The position numbers and the translations under genes are program-made. Source: Candidatus Methylomirabilia bacterium (lineage in GTDB: Bacteria > Methylomirabilota > Methylomirabilia > Rokubacteriales > CSP1-6). Taken from it: a stretch of DNA of 33,058 nt. The stretch lies in NCBI GenBank assembly GCA_046758965.1, contig JBHIBG010000024.1, forward strand, positions 1 to 33,058, in the 5' to 3' direction. Shown one piece after another: positions 18,011 to 28,447 of this stretch (position 1 is its first letter; every line of letters starts with the position of its first letter). The notes under the pieces are model-generated. The model saw nothing but the letters and a program-made list of their open reading frames with translations, was not told the origin of the DNA and searched no databases.

Positions 18011-18020
18011 CGCACTGGAG

Positions 18021-18056
18021 CCCTCACCCTAACCCTCTCCCCAAAAGGGGAGAGGG
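18021..18056 (+). repeat. BoxC-like extragenic palindromic repeat between convergent genes
   Basis: CCCTCACCCTAACCCTCTCCCC-AAAA-GGGGAGAGGG: a pyrimidine-rich lead plus a 10-bp hairpin. Confidence 0.7.
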
Positions 18057-18090
18057 AACCCTGTCGTTTTCCTCCCCCTCCCTGTCTAAG

Positions 18091-19308
18091 TCACCTCGGA
18101 GGGCTTACCACCCCGGCCCGGACCAACTCTTCGATCCTGTCCGGGGCATAGCCGAGCAGCTCGGATAATACGGAGAGGCTGTCCTCTCCCGCGCGGTACG
18201 GCGCGGCACTCACCTCGACAGACCCACCTGAGAGCTTGAAGGGGGTGTTCGTGATCCTCACGCTCCCGTAAGAGGGGTGGTCCACCTCGACAAACGCCTT
18301 GCGCTCAGCCAGGTGGGGATGGGCAGCCGCCTCAGCCGGGGTCAGGACCGGAGCGCACGGGATGCGCCCTTTTCGGAGGGCGGCCATGGCCTCGTCAACG
18401 CTCCTGAACTGCGAGAGCCACTCGCCGATCATCGCCTCGACCTCGGCTCGGTTCTCGGCGCGGGCCTCGCGGGTGGCAAAGCGTGGGTCGCTGGCCAGCT
18501 CGGGCCGGCCCAGCAGCTCAGCCATGCGTGGCCAGATCTGAGGACCGCCGACCACCTGGAAGGCCAAAAACCGCTCGCCCACCCGATAGATCAGCATGCC
18601 GTTCCGCGGCCCCGGATGCTCGGGCCAGCCGTTGAGCACGCTCCCGAAGGAAAGGTCCTCCGTGGCAATCAAACACTCCAGCATCGAGACGTCAATGTAG
18701 GTGCCCCGGCCTGTCCGCTCGCGCTGGAACAAGGCCGCCACGATGGCCCCGAACGCATGGGTTGCCGCCAGGACATCGGCCGTCTGGAAGTACCCGACGT
18801 GGGGGGCTGGCTGCTGGTTGCCCTCCAGGTGCGTGACCCCCGAGACTGCCGCGACGGTGTGCGCGAATGCGGGCCAGTCCTTTAACGGGCCGGTCTGCCC
18901 GTAGCCGGAGATGGAACAGTACACCAGATCGGGGTTGATCCGGGCCAGACTCTCGTAGTCAAAGCCCAGCCGCCGCATCACGCCCGGCAGAAAATTTTCC
19001 ACCAGGACCTCGGAGATCTTCGCCAGGTCTTCGACGATCCCGCGCGCGAGCGGGTGAGTGAGGTCCAGGGCCACACTCAGCTTGCCCGCATTGAAGCGAA
19101 TGAAGTACGTGCTCTGGTCGTTTCGTCCCGGCTCCACCTGCTCGAAGCCCTGGCGGACGTCGTCTCCGAGCCCGGGTCGCTCGATCTTGATCACCCGCGC
19201 CCCGAGGTCGGCGAGGAGCCGGGTACAGTACGGCCCCGCCAGGACGCGCGAAAAATCCAGCACGGTGACGCCCGACAGCGGCAGCCCATCCGTCATCCGG
19301 GTGCGCAT
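18091..19308 (-). CDS. Family III CoA-transferase (CaiB/BaiF)
   Basis: PLSGVTVLDFSRVLAGPYC, LADLGARVIKIERP, ENFLPG, SISGYGQTGP and IDVSM motifs. Confidence 0.93.
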   Translation of the reverse strand: MRTRMTDGLPLSGVTVLDFSRVLAGPYCTRLLADLGARVIKIERPGLGDDVRQGFEQVEPGRNDQSTYFIRFNAGKLSVALDLTHPLARGIVEDLAKISEVLVENFLPGVMRRLGFDYESLARINPDLVYCSISGYGQTGPLKDWPAFAHTVAAVSGVTHLEGNQQPAPHVGYFQTADVLAATHAFGAIVAALFQRERTGRGTYIDVSMLECLIATEDLSFGSVLNGWPEHPGPRNGMLIYRVGERFLAFQVVGGPQIWPRMAELLGRPELASDPRFATREARAENRAEVEAMIGEWLSQFRSVDEAMAALRKGRIPCAPVLTPAEAAAHPHLAERKAFVEVDHPSYGSVRITNTPFKLSGGSVEVSAAPYRAGEDSLSVLSELLGYAPDRIEELVRAGVVSPPR

Positions 19309-19349
19309 TCATCTGCTCCGATCACTCGGACCGCCAGGCACGCTCGCGG

Positions 19350-20192
19350 TCACCCTGCCGACCGGCGGGCCTCGGCGGCCTTTGCCAGCAGCCCTTCATA
19401 GGCCGAGAGAGGAACATGGGGGGTGCCGAGCGGGTTGGTGCGGCCGATGTGGGGACCGTGGTAATCCGAACCTCCTGTCTGCACGAGAGCGAGGTCTTTG
19501 CACATCTGGGCGTACGTCCTCGTCTGCGCCGCCGAGTGCTCGGCGTAGTAACACTCGATCCCCATGAGCCCGGCTTCGACAAGCTCCGGGATCATCTCGT
19601 CCTTCCCGGCCAGGCCGGGGTGCGCGACGACGGGGACGCCGTGGGCCTTGCGGATGACAGCGACGGCCTCAGCCGGGAGCAGCCTCTTCCGCGGGACGTT
19701 CGCCAGCCCGCCGGCTCGGAGGTAGTTGTCGAAGGCCTCACGGATAGATTTGACATAGCCGCGATTGACCATCACCTGAGCGATATGGGGGCGGCCTGGC
19801 GAGCCTTCCCTCACAAGGGCAAAGACCTCCTCAGGGTCGATGGGCATCCTGAGCTCGGCCAACCGGTTCGCGATGCGGTAGATCCGCCGGCTCCGCTCCT
19901 CCCGCTGCTCCCGGCAGAAGGCCTGGAACCACTCGGCCTGGTAATCGAGGAGATAGCCGAGGATGTGGACCTCGCCGCCCTCGACGTCGCAGTTGATCTC
20001 GATGCCGGGGACCATGATCAACGGTGGGTGTGTGGCAGCCTCATCCAGCGCCTCCGCCAGACCATCGGTGGAGTCGTGGTCGGTAATGGCCAGCACCCGC
20101 ACCCCGCGCTTGACCGCTTCCCGCACCAGCTCCCGGGGGGGGAGTGATCCGTCTGAGGCCGTGGTGTGGGAGTGGAGGTCGACCCCACCCAT
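19350..20192 (-). CDS. PHP-domain metal-dependent phosphoesterase (YciV/TrpH-like)
   Basis: DLHSHTTASDG, ITDHD, HILGY, AHPG and GGSDYHG motifs. Confidence 0.92.
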   Translation of the reverse strand: MGGVDLHSHTTASDGSLPPRELVREAVKRGVRVLAITDHDSTDGLAEALDEAATHPPLIMVPGIEINCDVEGGEVHILGYLLDYQAEWFQAFCREQREERSRRIYRIANRLAELRMPIDPEEVFALVREGSPGRPHIAQVMVNRGYVKSIREAFDNYLRAGGLANVPRKRLLPAEAVAVIRKAHGVPVVAHPGLAGKDEMIPELVEAGLMGIECYYAEHSAAQTRTYAQMCKDLALVQTGGSDYHGPHIGRTNPLGTPHVPLSAYEGLLAKAAEARRSAG

Positions 20193-20264
20193 CTTACCGC
20201 GGGTCCTGTCGCCGGGTCGGCCTCCGCCCGCCCGGAGCGGGGTCCCCGCATCTCGACTCGAGCC

Positions 20265-21761
20265 TCACCGGCGCCCGGCGTGGCCCATCAGGTAGGCGAG
20301 CATGGTCCGGACGCCGGCGCCAGTGCCCCCCTTCGGGCCGAGCGGCAGGTCCTTCTCAGCAAAGGCCGTGCCCGCAATATCGACGTGGACCCAGGGGACC
20401 TCCCTCGCGAACTCTTTGAGAAACAGACCGGCGGTGAGGGCACCCCCACCGCGCGGGCCGATGTTCTGGAGGTCAGCCACCTCGCTCTTGAGCCCCTCCT
20501 TGTACTCCTCAATGAGGGGAAGGGGCCACATCTTCTCCCCCGCAGCCTCGGCGGCAGCGAGGATCCGGTCCGACAGCGGCGTGTTGTTCCACATGACCCC
20601 TGAGCAGAGGTTGCCCAGGGCGATGACGCAGGCGGCCGTGAGGGTAGCCAGGTCCACCATCTCATCTGGCTTGACCTCCTTCGCCGTGTAGGCGAGAGCG
20701 TCAGCCAGGGTCAGCCGCCCCTCAGCGTCCGTGTTGCCGATCTCGATGGTGGTGCCGTTCATGGCTCGTACGATATCGCCGGGGCGCTGCGCAGTGCCGG
20801 AGGGCATGTTCTCAGTGGCGGCGATGATCCCATGCACCTCCACGGGGAGGGCGAGCCGGGGGAGCGCGCGCATGATCCCGAGAACCGCGGCCGCCCCGGA
20901 CATATCGTCCTTCATGGTGCGCATGGCATCGGCCGCCTTAAGGTCGAGCCCGCCCGAGTCGAAGGTGATCCCCTTACCGACGATCGCGATCCGCCTCCTC
21001 GGGCGCTGCCGGGGCATGTAGGTCAGATGGATGAACTTGGGAGGCTCCTGGCTCCCCTGGGCCACGCCGAGGTAGGCCCCCATCCCCATCTTCCGGCACT
21101 CCTGCCGATCGTAGACCCGAAGCTTGATGCTTCCCTCGCGAGCGATCTCGGCCGCACTCGCAGCCAGATAGCTCGGGGTCACTCTGTTGGCCGGCTCATT
21201 CACCAGATCGCGGGCAAAGCAGGTCGCTGCGGCGATGACCTCTCCCGTCCGCAGACCGTCTCGAATGGCAGCCTGATTTCGACGCTCAGGATCGACGACG
21301 CGGAGCTCCTCCACCGCCGCGCTGTTCTTCTCCTTCTTGTAGCGGTCGAAGGCGTAGGTGCCGAGCAGGGCACCTTCGGCCAGGGCCCGGGCGCGCTCTC
21401 TGGCTGGCAGGCTCTCGCCCAGAAGCGCGGTGGAGACGATCTTGGCCCCGAGATCTCGCGCTCGGCGCAGCGCTGTGGAAGCTGCGCGGCGCACGACTTC
21501 GGTATCCGCCTCCCGCCGCTGCCCCAGCCCCACGGCCAGTACGCGCTTGGCCGGGATCCGGCCCGCAGTGTAGAAGTGAGAGGTCTGGTTGGGCTTCCCC
21601 TCGAATTTTTCCGTCCCGAGGACCTCCGACAGGAGCCCCTTGAGCTTCCTGTCCAAAGCCGCCAGTGGTGGAGGGAGCCGCTTCTCTTCCGCGCAGAGCC
21701 CGACGACCAGGACGTCCGCACCGGTCTCGGCCAGGGGCTCGACCACGAGCGAAAGCTTCAC
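20265..21761 (-). CDS. pepA: Leucyl aminopeptidase (M17 family)
   Basis: GKGITFDSGG, MKDDMSG, NTDAEGRL and DLATLT motifs. Confidence 0.96.
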   Translation of the reverse strand: MKLSLVVEPLAETGADVLVVGLCAEEKRLPPPLAALDRKLKGLLSEVLGTEKFEGKPNQTSHFYTAGRIPAKRVLAVGLGQRREADTEVVRRAASTALRRARDLGAKIVSTALLGESLPARERARALAEGALLGTYAFDRYKKEKNSAAVEELRVVDPERRNQAAIRDGLRTGEVIAAATCFARDLVNEPANRVTPSYLAASAAEIAREGSIKLRVYDRQECRKMGMGAYLGVAQGSQEPPKFIHLTYMPRQRPRRRIAIVGKGITFDSGGLDLKAADAMRTMKDDMSGAAAVLGIMRALPRLALPVEVHGIIAATENMPSGTAQRPGDIVRAMNGTTIEIGNTDAEGRLTLADALAYTAKEVKPDEMVDLATLTAACVIALGNLCSGVMWNNTPLSDRILAAAEAAGEKMWPLPLIEEYKEGLKSEVADLQNIGPRGGGALTAGLFLKEFAREVPWVHVDIAGTAFAEKDLPLGPKGGTGAGVRTMLAYLMGHAGRR

Positions 21762-22207
21762 CGAAGAGTCCCTCCTTCTCTGAGGCGGACGGCCCGCTGG
21801 ATCATCGCCGCCAGCCCCTCTGTCGTATCAAACTGGTTGAGCTCCCCGATCGGGACCCACCGCACCTCATCGGCGTCCGAGCCCGCTCGGAGCCCCCCAC
21901 CCTCAGGCTGGGCGAGGTAATCGACGAGGACGTAGTGGTACCGGACCCGGCCCTCAGGATCGCGGGTGATCCGATCCACCACGCCAGCCAACCCCAAGAG
22001 GCGCACTCGGAGCCCGCACTCCTCCTCCACCTCCCTGATCGCCGCAGCCTCCACGCTCTCGCCGAGCTGCACCAACCCGCCCGGGAGGCTCCACTTGCCC
22101 TGGCTGGGCGGGGCGCCGCGCTTGACCAGGAGGACAGCCCCATCCTTCAGGAGGACAGCCCCGACACCGACCCGGGGATGCTCGGGATACTCGCGCCGAT
22201 CCGCCAT
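21758..22207 (-). CDS. Nudix hydrolase
   Basis: Nudix box GLVQLGESVEAAAIREVEEECGL; 4-nt overlap with the pepA start. Confidence 0.92.
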   Translation of the reverse strand: MADRREYPEHPRVGVGAVLLKDGAVLLVKRGAPPSQGKWSLPGGLVQLGESVEAAAIREVEEECGLRVRLLGLAGVVDRITRDPEGRVRYHYVLVDYLAQPEGGGLRAGSDADEVRWVPIGELNQFDTTEGLAAMIQRAVRLREGGTLR

Positions 22208-22217
22208 CGACTCAGGG

Positions 22218-23066
22218 TCACTCGCGCTCCATCGCGAGCAGGGCCCCCGAGTCGGCCACGGTCTGCGCCGTGCGAGTCCACGATTCGGTCCCGTACTTCT
22301 CCCGCACCAGCCTCGCCGTGAGGTCCGACTCCTCCCGGCTGAGGTCGCCCGGGACCACCTCGAGGTGGTGAATTCGGCGAAACCCCTCGGTGAGCGCCTC
22401 CACCGTCTCCTCGAAGCTCGGGCGGCGCCCGAGCTGGGCCTCCAGGGTCGTCATTGCGAGAAGCGGGTCTCCCTCCCCGGGAAAGAGGAGTTGGAGCCGC
22501 CCGGCCTCGGCGCCCAGGAGCACCGAGCCGTGCTGGAGGAAGGCGCCACCCTGCCGACGCTGGGCGCTCCCCACGAGCTTTCGGCCAGCCACCTCGATCT
22601 CGTAGCTGCCGGTCCGGGCAAAGCAGAAGGCGGGCGGTCCGGCCCCCCCCAGGCCCTTCATCACCGGAACCAGCTCGGCGCGGGCGCCGAGCAACGTAAG
22701 CCCGGCTGCGAGCGCGCTCCCGATCCACCGGTAGCTCTCGAGGAGATCTCCTGCCCCGGGAAAGTCCGAGGCCGCCGCCGTCACGCTGTAGGTCACCTCA
22801 CGCTCCCGGGTGTCGTGATAGATCGCGCTTCCGCCCGTGGGGCGCCGGACCAGCCCGATGGCCTGGCGCCGGCAGGCTTCCACGTTGACCCGACCGTCGA
22901 GCCATTGGCCGTAGCCCAGGGAGACGGTGGGCGGCAACCAGGAGAAGAAGCGAAGGGTGGGCGGCGCGCTCCCTCCGATTCGAGCCCGGAGGAGCGCTTC
23001 GTCCACCGCCATGTTCGTGGCCCCATCCAGCGGGGCGGTGACGAGGAGCCGCCAGGGCGTCGTCAT
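22218..23066 (-). CDS. Lipoate-protein ligase family enzyme, LipM-like octanoyltransferase
   Basis: ATGA overlap with the gcvPB stop; [18 protein letters not shown]...YEI...[10 protein letters not shown] and LQHGS, as in Bacillus LipM. Confidence 0.88.
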   Translation of the reverse strand: MTTPWRLLVTAPLDGATNMAVDEALLRARIGGSAPPTLRFFSWLPPTVSLGYGQWLDGRVNVEACRRQAIGLVRRPTGGSAIYHDTREREVTYSVTAAASDFPGAGDLLESYRWIGSALAAGLTLLGARAELVPVMKGLGGAGPPAFCFARTGSYEIEVAGRKLVGSAQRRQGGAFLQHGSVLLGAEAGRLQLLFPGEGDPLLAMTTLEAQLGRRPSFEETVEALTEGFRRIHHLEVVPGDLSREESDLTARLVREKYGTESWTRTAQTVADSGALLAMERE

Positions 23067-24538
23067 GGCGAGGGCCCGCGCCCTTCCGGCCGGTGCCACC
23101 GGAGGTCGGGCTTTCGCGCGGCGCCGGTCTGGTCGAGTCGCCGGACCGGCGTGGTGGTCGGGGCCTCATGGACCGCCTGGGGGTCCGACTCCGCCTCTGT
23201 CGCGATCTGGATCATGGCCTCGCAGAAGGCATCGAGGGTCTCCTTGGACTCCGTTTCGGTGGGCTCGATCATGAGCGCCTCTTCCACGATCAGAGGGAAG
23301 TAAGTGGAGGGAGCGTAGAACCCCAGGTCCAGGAGGCGCTTGGCGATGTCCATCGCGGAGGCGCCGAGCTTCTTCTGCTGGCGGGCGGAGAAGACACACT
23401 CGTGCATGCACGGGCCGGAATAGGGCAGGTCGTAGTACGGCTCGAGCCGCTTCATCAGGTAGTTGGCGTTGAGGATCGCGTTGTCCGCCACGGCGCGAAG
23501 GCCGTCGGGGCCCATGCTGCGGAGGTAGGTGGAAGCGCGCACCAGCATGCCGAAGTTCCCCCAGAAGGCCTGGAGCCTGCCGATGGACTGGGGGCGCTTG
23601 TCGTCGAGCGCGTAGCCGGTCTCGGTTTTCACGACGACCGGAGTGGGGAGAAATCGCTCGAGGTGCGCCTTGACCCCCACAGGCCCCGCCCCGGGCCCAC
23701 CCCCACCGTGGGGCGTGGTAAAGGTCTTGTGAAGGTTCATGTGCACCACGTCGAAGCCGAGGTCTCCCGGCCGCGTGATCCCGAGAATCGCGTTGAGGTT
23801 GGCGCCGTCCATGTAGACCTGCACGCCCTTGGCATGGCAGATCTCGGTGATCTCGAGAATCCTCGATTCGAAGAGCCCAAGCGTGTTGGGGACCGTAATC
23901 ATGAAGGCCGCCACGTCTTCGTCCAGATGCTGCTCGAGGTCGAGCAGATCGACCTCGCCCGCCGCGTCGGATTTGAGCTGGATGACCTCGTAGCCCGCGA
24001 GAGTCGTCGACGCCGGGTTGGTGCCGTGGGCCGAGTCTGGCACCAGGACTTTGTGCCGCTTCTCTCCCTTGGCGAGATGGTAGGCCCGAATCATGAGCAC
24101 CCCCGCCAGCTCCCCCTGGGCCCCAGCTGCGGGCTGGAGAGAGACGGCGTCCATCCCCGAGATCTCAGCCAGGTCCCGGGCCAGCTCCCACATGAGCTGG
24201 AGGGCCCCCTGGGCCTGCGCCTCGGGGGTGAGCGGGTGCAGGTGCGCGAAGCCCGCGAGCCGCGCCACGTCCTCGTTCACCCTCGGGTTGTACTTCATGG
24301 TGCAGGAGCCCAGCGGATAGAAGTGGGTGTCCACGGCGTAGTTCATCTGCGAGAGGCGCGAGTAATGGCGGACCACGTCAAACTCCGAAACCTCGGGGAG
24401 CTCGGGCGGCGTCGCCCGGAGAGAGGAAGCTGGCAGAAGGGCTTGAGGGTCCGCCTGGGGGAGATCGGGCTCCGGAAGGGAGTAGCCGATGCGCCCGGGC
24501 GAGGAGAGCTCGAAGATCAGCTTGTCGTAACCGGGCAT
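23063..24538 (-). CDS. gcvPB: Glycine dehydrogenase (decarboxylating) subunit 2
   Basis: [21 protein letters not shown], and PLP Lys in [16 protein letters not shown]. Confidence 0.96.
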   Translation of the reverse strand: MPGYDKLIFELSSPGRIGYSLPEPDLPQADPQALLPASSLRATPPELPEVSEFDVVRHYSRLSQMNYAVDTHFYPLGSCTMKYNPRVNEDVARLAGFAHLHPLTPEAQAQGALQLMWELARDLAEISGMDAVSLQPAAGAQGELAGVLMIRAYHLAKGEKRHKVLVPDSAHGTNPASTTLAGYEVIQLKSDAAGEVDLLDLEQHLDEDVAAFMITVPNTLGLFESRILEITEICHAKGVQVYMDGANLNAILGITRPGDLGFDVVHMNLHKTFTTPHGGGGPGAGPVGVKAHLERFLPTPVVVKTETGYALDDKRPQSIGRLQAFWGNFGMLVRASTYLRSMGPDGLRAVADNAILNANYLMKRLEPYYDLPYSGPCMHECVFSARQQKKLGASAMDIAKRLLDLGFYAPSTYFPLIVEEALMIEPTETESKETLDAFCEAMIQIATEAESDPQAVHEAPTTTPVRRLDQTGAARKPDLRWHRPEGRGPSP

Positions 24539-24545
24539 TCCGTCC

Positions 24546-25889
24546 TCAGGCCACGGCTCGGCTCAGAGCCAAGGCGTAGGCGTCAATTTCGGCTCGCGTG
24601 CGCTTCTCGGTCACCGCGACCAGGAGACAATCTTTCAGCGACCGATCAAACGCCTTGAGCGGCACCCCCGCAAGAACACGCTCCTTGAGCAGACGTTTCG
24701 CCACCTGCTCGGGGGATTTGGGGAGCTGGAGCACGAACTCCTTGAAGAAGGGGGCGGAGAAGCGCAGCCGAACAGCGGGAACACGACTCAGGGTCTCGGC
24801 GGCGTAGTGGGCCTTGGCCAGCGAGAGCTCCCCGACCTTGCGGAGCCCCTGCTTGCCCATGAGGGCCAGGTAGATGGTCGCCATCAGGGCGCAGAGGGCC
24901 ACGTTCGTACAGATGTTGGAGGTGGCCTTCTCGCGACGGATGTGCTGCTCGCGGGTCTGCAGCGTGAGGACGAAGCCCCGTCGCCCGTCCCGGTCCACCG
25001 TGGCCCCGGCCAGGCGGCCCGGCACGCGGCGCAGAAGCTCGTTCTTCGCCGCAAAGATTCCGAGGTTCGGGCCTCCGTAGGAGAGCGGGACGCCGAGCCC
25101 CTGCCCCTCGCCCACGACCAGGTCCGCGCCCTGGGCGCCCGGCGGCTCCAGGAGCCCGAGGCTCACCGGATCCGTCGCCACCACGAGGAGGGCACCGGCG
25201 GCGTGAGCAAGCTCCGCCGCCCGGGCCACATCCTCGAGGCAGCCAAAGAAGTTCGGGGACTGGATCAGAACGCCCGCGGTCTTCTGGGAGACCGCCCGGC
25301 GGAGGTCGTCGAGGTCAGTGGCGCCATCGCCCACCGGGACTCCTCTGATCCGGAGGCGCGGCCCTTCCAGGTAGGTGGCCACAGCCTGGCGATAGAGCGG
25401 GTTCACTCCGCGCGAGACCACGATCTCGTTGCGCCCGGTCACGCTGTGCGCGACAAGCGCCGCCTCGGCCAGCGAGGAGGCTCCATCGTAGAGGGAGGCA
25501 TTGGCCACGTCCATCCCTGTCAGCTCCGCGATCATGGTCTGGTACTCGTAGATCGCCCGAAGTGTCCCCTGGCTCGCCTCGGGCTGGTAGGGCGTGTAGG
25601 CGGTGAAGAACTCGCCGCGAGCAATCAGGTGGTTGATGGGGCTCGGGATGTAGTGGTCGTAGGCGCCCGCCCCGAGGAAGCAGACGTAGTCATCGGTGTG
25701 GGCGTTCCGGGCTGCCAGGCCCCGCATCTGAGCGATGAGGTCAACCTCAGCCTGGGCCTGGGGGAGATTCAGGAGGCGGGCCAGCCGCGCCTTGACCGGG
25801 ATCCGCGAGAGGAGCTCTTCGACCTCCTTCACCCCGATCGTGCGGAGCATCTCCTGCTGCTGCTGGACGGTGTTCCCGATGTAGCGCAT
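24546..25889 (-). CDS. gcvPA: Glycine dehydrogenase (decarboxylating) subunit 1
   Basis: [20 protein letters not shown] and [18 protein letters not shown] motifs. Confidence 0.96.
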   Translation of the reverse strand: MRYIGNTVQQQQEMLRTIGVKEVEELLSRIPVKARLARLLNLPQAQAEVDLIAQMRGLAARNAHTDDYVCFLGAGAYDHYIPSPINHLIARGEFFTAYTPYQPEASQGTLRAIYEYQTMIAELTGMDVANASLYDGASSLAEAALVAHSVTGRNEIVVSRGVNPLYRQAVATYLEGPRLRIRGVPVGDGATDLDDLRRAVSQKTAGVLIQSPNFFGCLEDVARAAELAHAAGALLVVATDPVSLGLLEPPGAQGADLVVGEGQGLGVPLSYGGPNLGIFAAKNELLRRVPGRLAGATVDRDGRRGFVLTLQTREQHIRREKATSNICTNVALCALMATIYLALMGKQGLRKVGELSLAKAHYAAETLSRVPAVRLRFSAPFFKEFVLQLPKSPEQVAKRLLKERVLAGVPLKAFDRSLKDCLLVAVTEKRTRAEIDAYALALSRAVA

Positions 25890-25890
25890 C

Positions 25891-26283
25891 CTACTTGCCG
25901 CTCCGGGCGAGGAGCTCCTCGTACTGCTGGGCCGTCATCAGGGCCTCGGTCTCTCCCGGGTCGGCAGGGGTGATGACGATCATCCACCCTTTGCCGTAAG
26001 GGTCCTGGTTGACCCATTCGGGCTTCTGCTGGAGTTCCGCATTCACCTCCACCGCCTCACCCGTGAGGGGCGCGAAGAGATCCGAGACCGCCTTGACAGA
26101 CTCGACCACACCGAAGGGTTGCGTCTGGGTCACCTTCGTCCCCGCCTTCGGCAGCTCGACAAAGACCACATCGCCGAGCTCGGCCTGGGCATAGTCAGTG
26201 ATCCCCACTCGGGCTCGGTTTCCCTCCACCCGCACCCACTCGTGCTCACGCGTGTACCTGAGGTCCGCCGGATAGTGTGTCAT
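25891..26283 (-). CDS. gcvH: Glycine cleavage system H protein
   Basis: HEWV, GITDYAQAELGDVVFVELP, lipoyl Lys in ESVKA, and DPYGKGW. Confidence 0.96.
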   Translation of the reverse strand: MTHYPADLRYTREHEWVRVEGNRARVGITDYAQAELGDVVFVELPKAGTKVTQTQPFGVVESVKAVSDLFAPLTGEAVEVNAELQQKPEWVNQDPYGKGWMIVITPADPGETEALMTAQQYEELLARSGK

Positions 26284-27410
26284 GTCCCCCTCTGCCGCTT
26301 CTTGACCTTCGTGGGATAGAACGGTGTCGGGACGATGCGGGCCTTCCTGGGAGTCCCTCGCACGTTCACCTCGATCTCGCTCCCGACCTGAGCGTACTCG
26401 ATCGCGACATAACCCAAGCCGATGTACTTATCCACCGCCGGCCCGTAGGAGCCCGAGGTGACCACCCCCAGCTCCTCCCCCTGCCGGAGGATCTTGTAGC
26501 CATGGCGGGGTACAGACCGATCCACCATCTCGAAGCCCACGAGCTTCCGCCTGACCCCGAGGCCTCTCGCCCGCTCGATCGCCTCGCGCCCGAGAAACTC
26601 GCCCTTGTCGAGCTTCACCACCCAACCAAGGCCCGCCTCCAGGGGGTTCGTGGTTTGGTCGATGTCGTTCCCGTAGAGCGCATACCGCATCTCGAGCCTT
26701 AAGGTATCTCGCGCTCCCAGCCCCACGGGGAGGATCCCGGCGGGCCTTCCCTCGTCCAGGAGCGCAAACCAGAGTCGCTCGGCCTCCGAAGCCGCCACGT
26801 ACAGTTCGAAGCCGTCTTCCCCCGTGTAGCCGCTGCGGGAGATCCGGGCAGGGACGCCGGCCACGCGCCCTTCCGCGAACGCGTAGTACTGGATTGTCGT
26901 GATGTCGCGGTCGGAAAGCCTCCCGACCAGGGCCTCGGCCTCGGGCCCCTGCACAGCCAACAGGGCGGTCTCGGCGGAGATATTAGCCCAGGTGGCCGTG
27001 CCCGCGCCATGCTCGGTCACCCACTCCCAATCCTTGTCGATGTTGGCCGCATTGACCGTGAGCACGAAGCGGTCGGAGGCCAGCCGATAGACGGTGAGGT
27101 CGTCAACGATCCCCCCGTCGGGATAGCAGAGGAGCGAGTACTGGACCCCGCTGACCTCCAGGGCCGCGACGTCGTTGGTAGTGAGGCGTTGGAGGCAAGA
27201 CAGAGCCTCGGGCCCCGCTACCTCGAACTCCCCCATGTGGCTGATGTCGAAGAGCCCCCCCCGGGCGCGCACGGCCCGGTGCTCCTCGATGATTCCAGTG
27301 TACTGAACCGGCATCTCCCAGCCCCCGAACGGGACCATCTTGGCGCCGGCCTTGACGTGGACGGGGTAGAGCGGGGTGCGCCTGAGCGGATCACCTTGGG
27401 CCCGGCTCAT
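26280..27410 (-). CDS. gcvT: Glycine cleavage system aminomethyltransferase T
   Basis: [28 protein letters not shown] and [11 protein letters not shown] motifs. Confidence 0.96.
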   Translation of the reverse strand: MSRAQGDPLRRTPLYPVHVKAGAKMVPFGGWEMPVQYTGIIEEHRAVRARGGLFDISHMGEFEVAGPEALSCLQRLTTNDVAALEVSGVQYSLLCYPDGGIVDDLTVYRLASDRFVLTVNAANIDKDWEWVTEHGAGTATWANISAETALLAVQGPEAEALVGRLSDRDITTIQYYAFAEGRVAGVPARISRSGYTGEDGFELYVAASEAERLWFALLDEGRPAGILPVGLGARDTLRLEMRYALYGNDIDQTTNPLEAGLGWVVKLDKGEFLGREAIERARGLGVRRKLVGFEMVDRSVPRHGYKILRQGEELGVVTSGSYGPAVDKYIGLGYVAIEYAQVGSEIEVNVRGTPRKARIVPTPFYPTKVKKRQRGT

Positions 27411-27417
27411 GGATCCT

Positions 27418-27478
27418 TTGTCATAGTTCAGTTACAAGAAACCCTCACCATCTTAATCAAACGCCTCAGAGGCTGCAA
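27418..27478 (-). promoter_or_regulatory. Putative gcv operon promoter with a downstream imperfect palindrome (possible operator)
   Basis: TTGCAG-N17-TAAGAT (27478-27450), then TTGTAA-N8-TGACAA (27437-27418) just before the RBS. Confidence 0.5.
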
Positions 27479-27487
27479 CGGCGGGGC

Positions 27488-27754
27488 TCGCCGACGATAC
27501 GTTTCTCCATCCTTCTTCCTCACGGCCTCGACAGTCAGCTCGTTGCGCGCCGTGTTGATGGAGTAGAGCACCCGCCAGTCCCGGCCCACCCCGATCCGAT
27601 AGACCTCCTCCTCTCCCCCCCCACCTTGTCATATCCGCGCGGTCTCGGGTTCGCCCCCAAGTCCAGGAGCGCCCTGACGACCCCGAAGAAGGTGGCGTCG
27701 TCGTCGATCTCCAGGAGCTCCTTCTTGGCCCGGCGGCGGATGCCGCAGCCTCAC
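27488..27754 (-). pseudogene. RelE/ParE-family toxin disrupted by two frameshifts
   Basis: Joined frames give VRL/GIRRRAKKELLEI...LGANPRPRGYDKVGG/EEEVYRIGVGRDWRVLYSIN...VRKK, typical of RelE (NPRPxG, YRI, RVLY). GTGA overlap with the antitoxin stop. Confidence 0.85.
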
Positions 27755-28035
27755 CCAGCGCGGGCCCTCCTGAGCCGGGCGATGCGGGCCTCGATCTCCC
27801 GGATCGGGAAAGGCTCCGCCCGTTGCCGGCGGCGGGCGCGGACGACCTTGTAATCCGGTTCCCCGGGCCGGACTGACTCGGCGCGGGAGACCTCGAAGAA
27901 CGCCTTCAGGGCATGGTCGAGCAGCTCACGGGCCGCCTCCGCGCGGGATGGCTTCCGGGTGGCGAAGCGATAGTCATCCAGGCGATCCAGGAGCGCCTTC
28001 GGGGCTTTGATGTTCAAGAATGGTCCTCCGCCCAT
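27751..28035 (-). CDS. Ribbon-helix-helix antitoxin
   Basis: RBS AGGAGG; LLDRLDDYRF...SRAEAARELL is RHH-like. Upstream of the RelE-like gene. Confidence 0.8.
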   Translation of the reverse strand: MGGGPFLNIKAPKALLDRLDDYRFATRKPSRAEAARELLDHALKAFFEVSRAESVRPGEPDYKVVRARRRQRAEPFPIREIEARIARLRRARAG

Positions 28036-28066
28036 CGGCGATCCCTCCTCTGTTAGATCTGAAGGA

Positions 28067-28099
28067 AGGATAGGGCGCTTGTACTGTCAATACAAGCGC
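28067..28099 (-). promoter_or_regulatory. TA promoter with an overlapping palindromic operator
   Basis: TTGTAT-N17-TATCCT overlapped by the perfect inverted repeat GCGCTTGTA-N7-TACAAGCGC (28075-28099). Confidence 0.72.
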
Positions 28100-28213
28100 G
28101 ACCAGTTGTTGGCCTCCCTCCCTTCCGGTAGAGGAGGTCAAAACTGCGGTCTTCTCGCCATCATGGACGAGGCGGACGCGTATGGAGTTTCCACACCAAC
28201 TACTCGCTTTATC

Positions 28214-28308
28214 ATCTAACCGCGCGCTCAGCCACGCGGCACAGCGCCGCGCCTGGCTGCCAGGTGCGAACGGGCAAGCCGTCCGTCAGCTTCAGCGGCT
28301 AGTTAGAC
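28214..28308 (-). mobile_element. Integron attC site 1 (95 bp)
   Basis: Minus strand GTCTAAC (RYYYAAC) ... GTTAGAT (GTTRRRY), with L-box-like CGCTGAAGCTGAC and GGCTGAGCG. Confidence 0.8.
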
Positions 28309-28447
28309 GGCTGGTCGCTCCTGGTGCGGGCGTTCCACGCAGAAGGCCTTCCACGCTGAGATCCTGATCGGTCTCGGACCAGTGGATACCCTCGCCATCC
28401 CCTACGAGTTCCCACTTCTCCCTCTGTTCCACCACACCCTGCCCCAT
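28292..28447 (-). pseudogene. Cassette carrying only the C-terminal part of a DUF2442-like protein
   Basis: EQREKWELVGDGEGIHWSETDQDLSVEGLLRG resembles the DUF2442 C-terminus (GIHW..D.DLS..GLL). Only about 177 bp separate the two flanking attC sites. Confidence 0.7.

Noticed and set aside
27745..27760. Selenocysteine read-through at the antitoxin TGA (G-U-G-C context)
   Set aside because: No redox fold or evident SECIS; a GTGA start overlap plus one inserted base explains the frame more simply.
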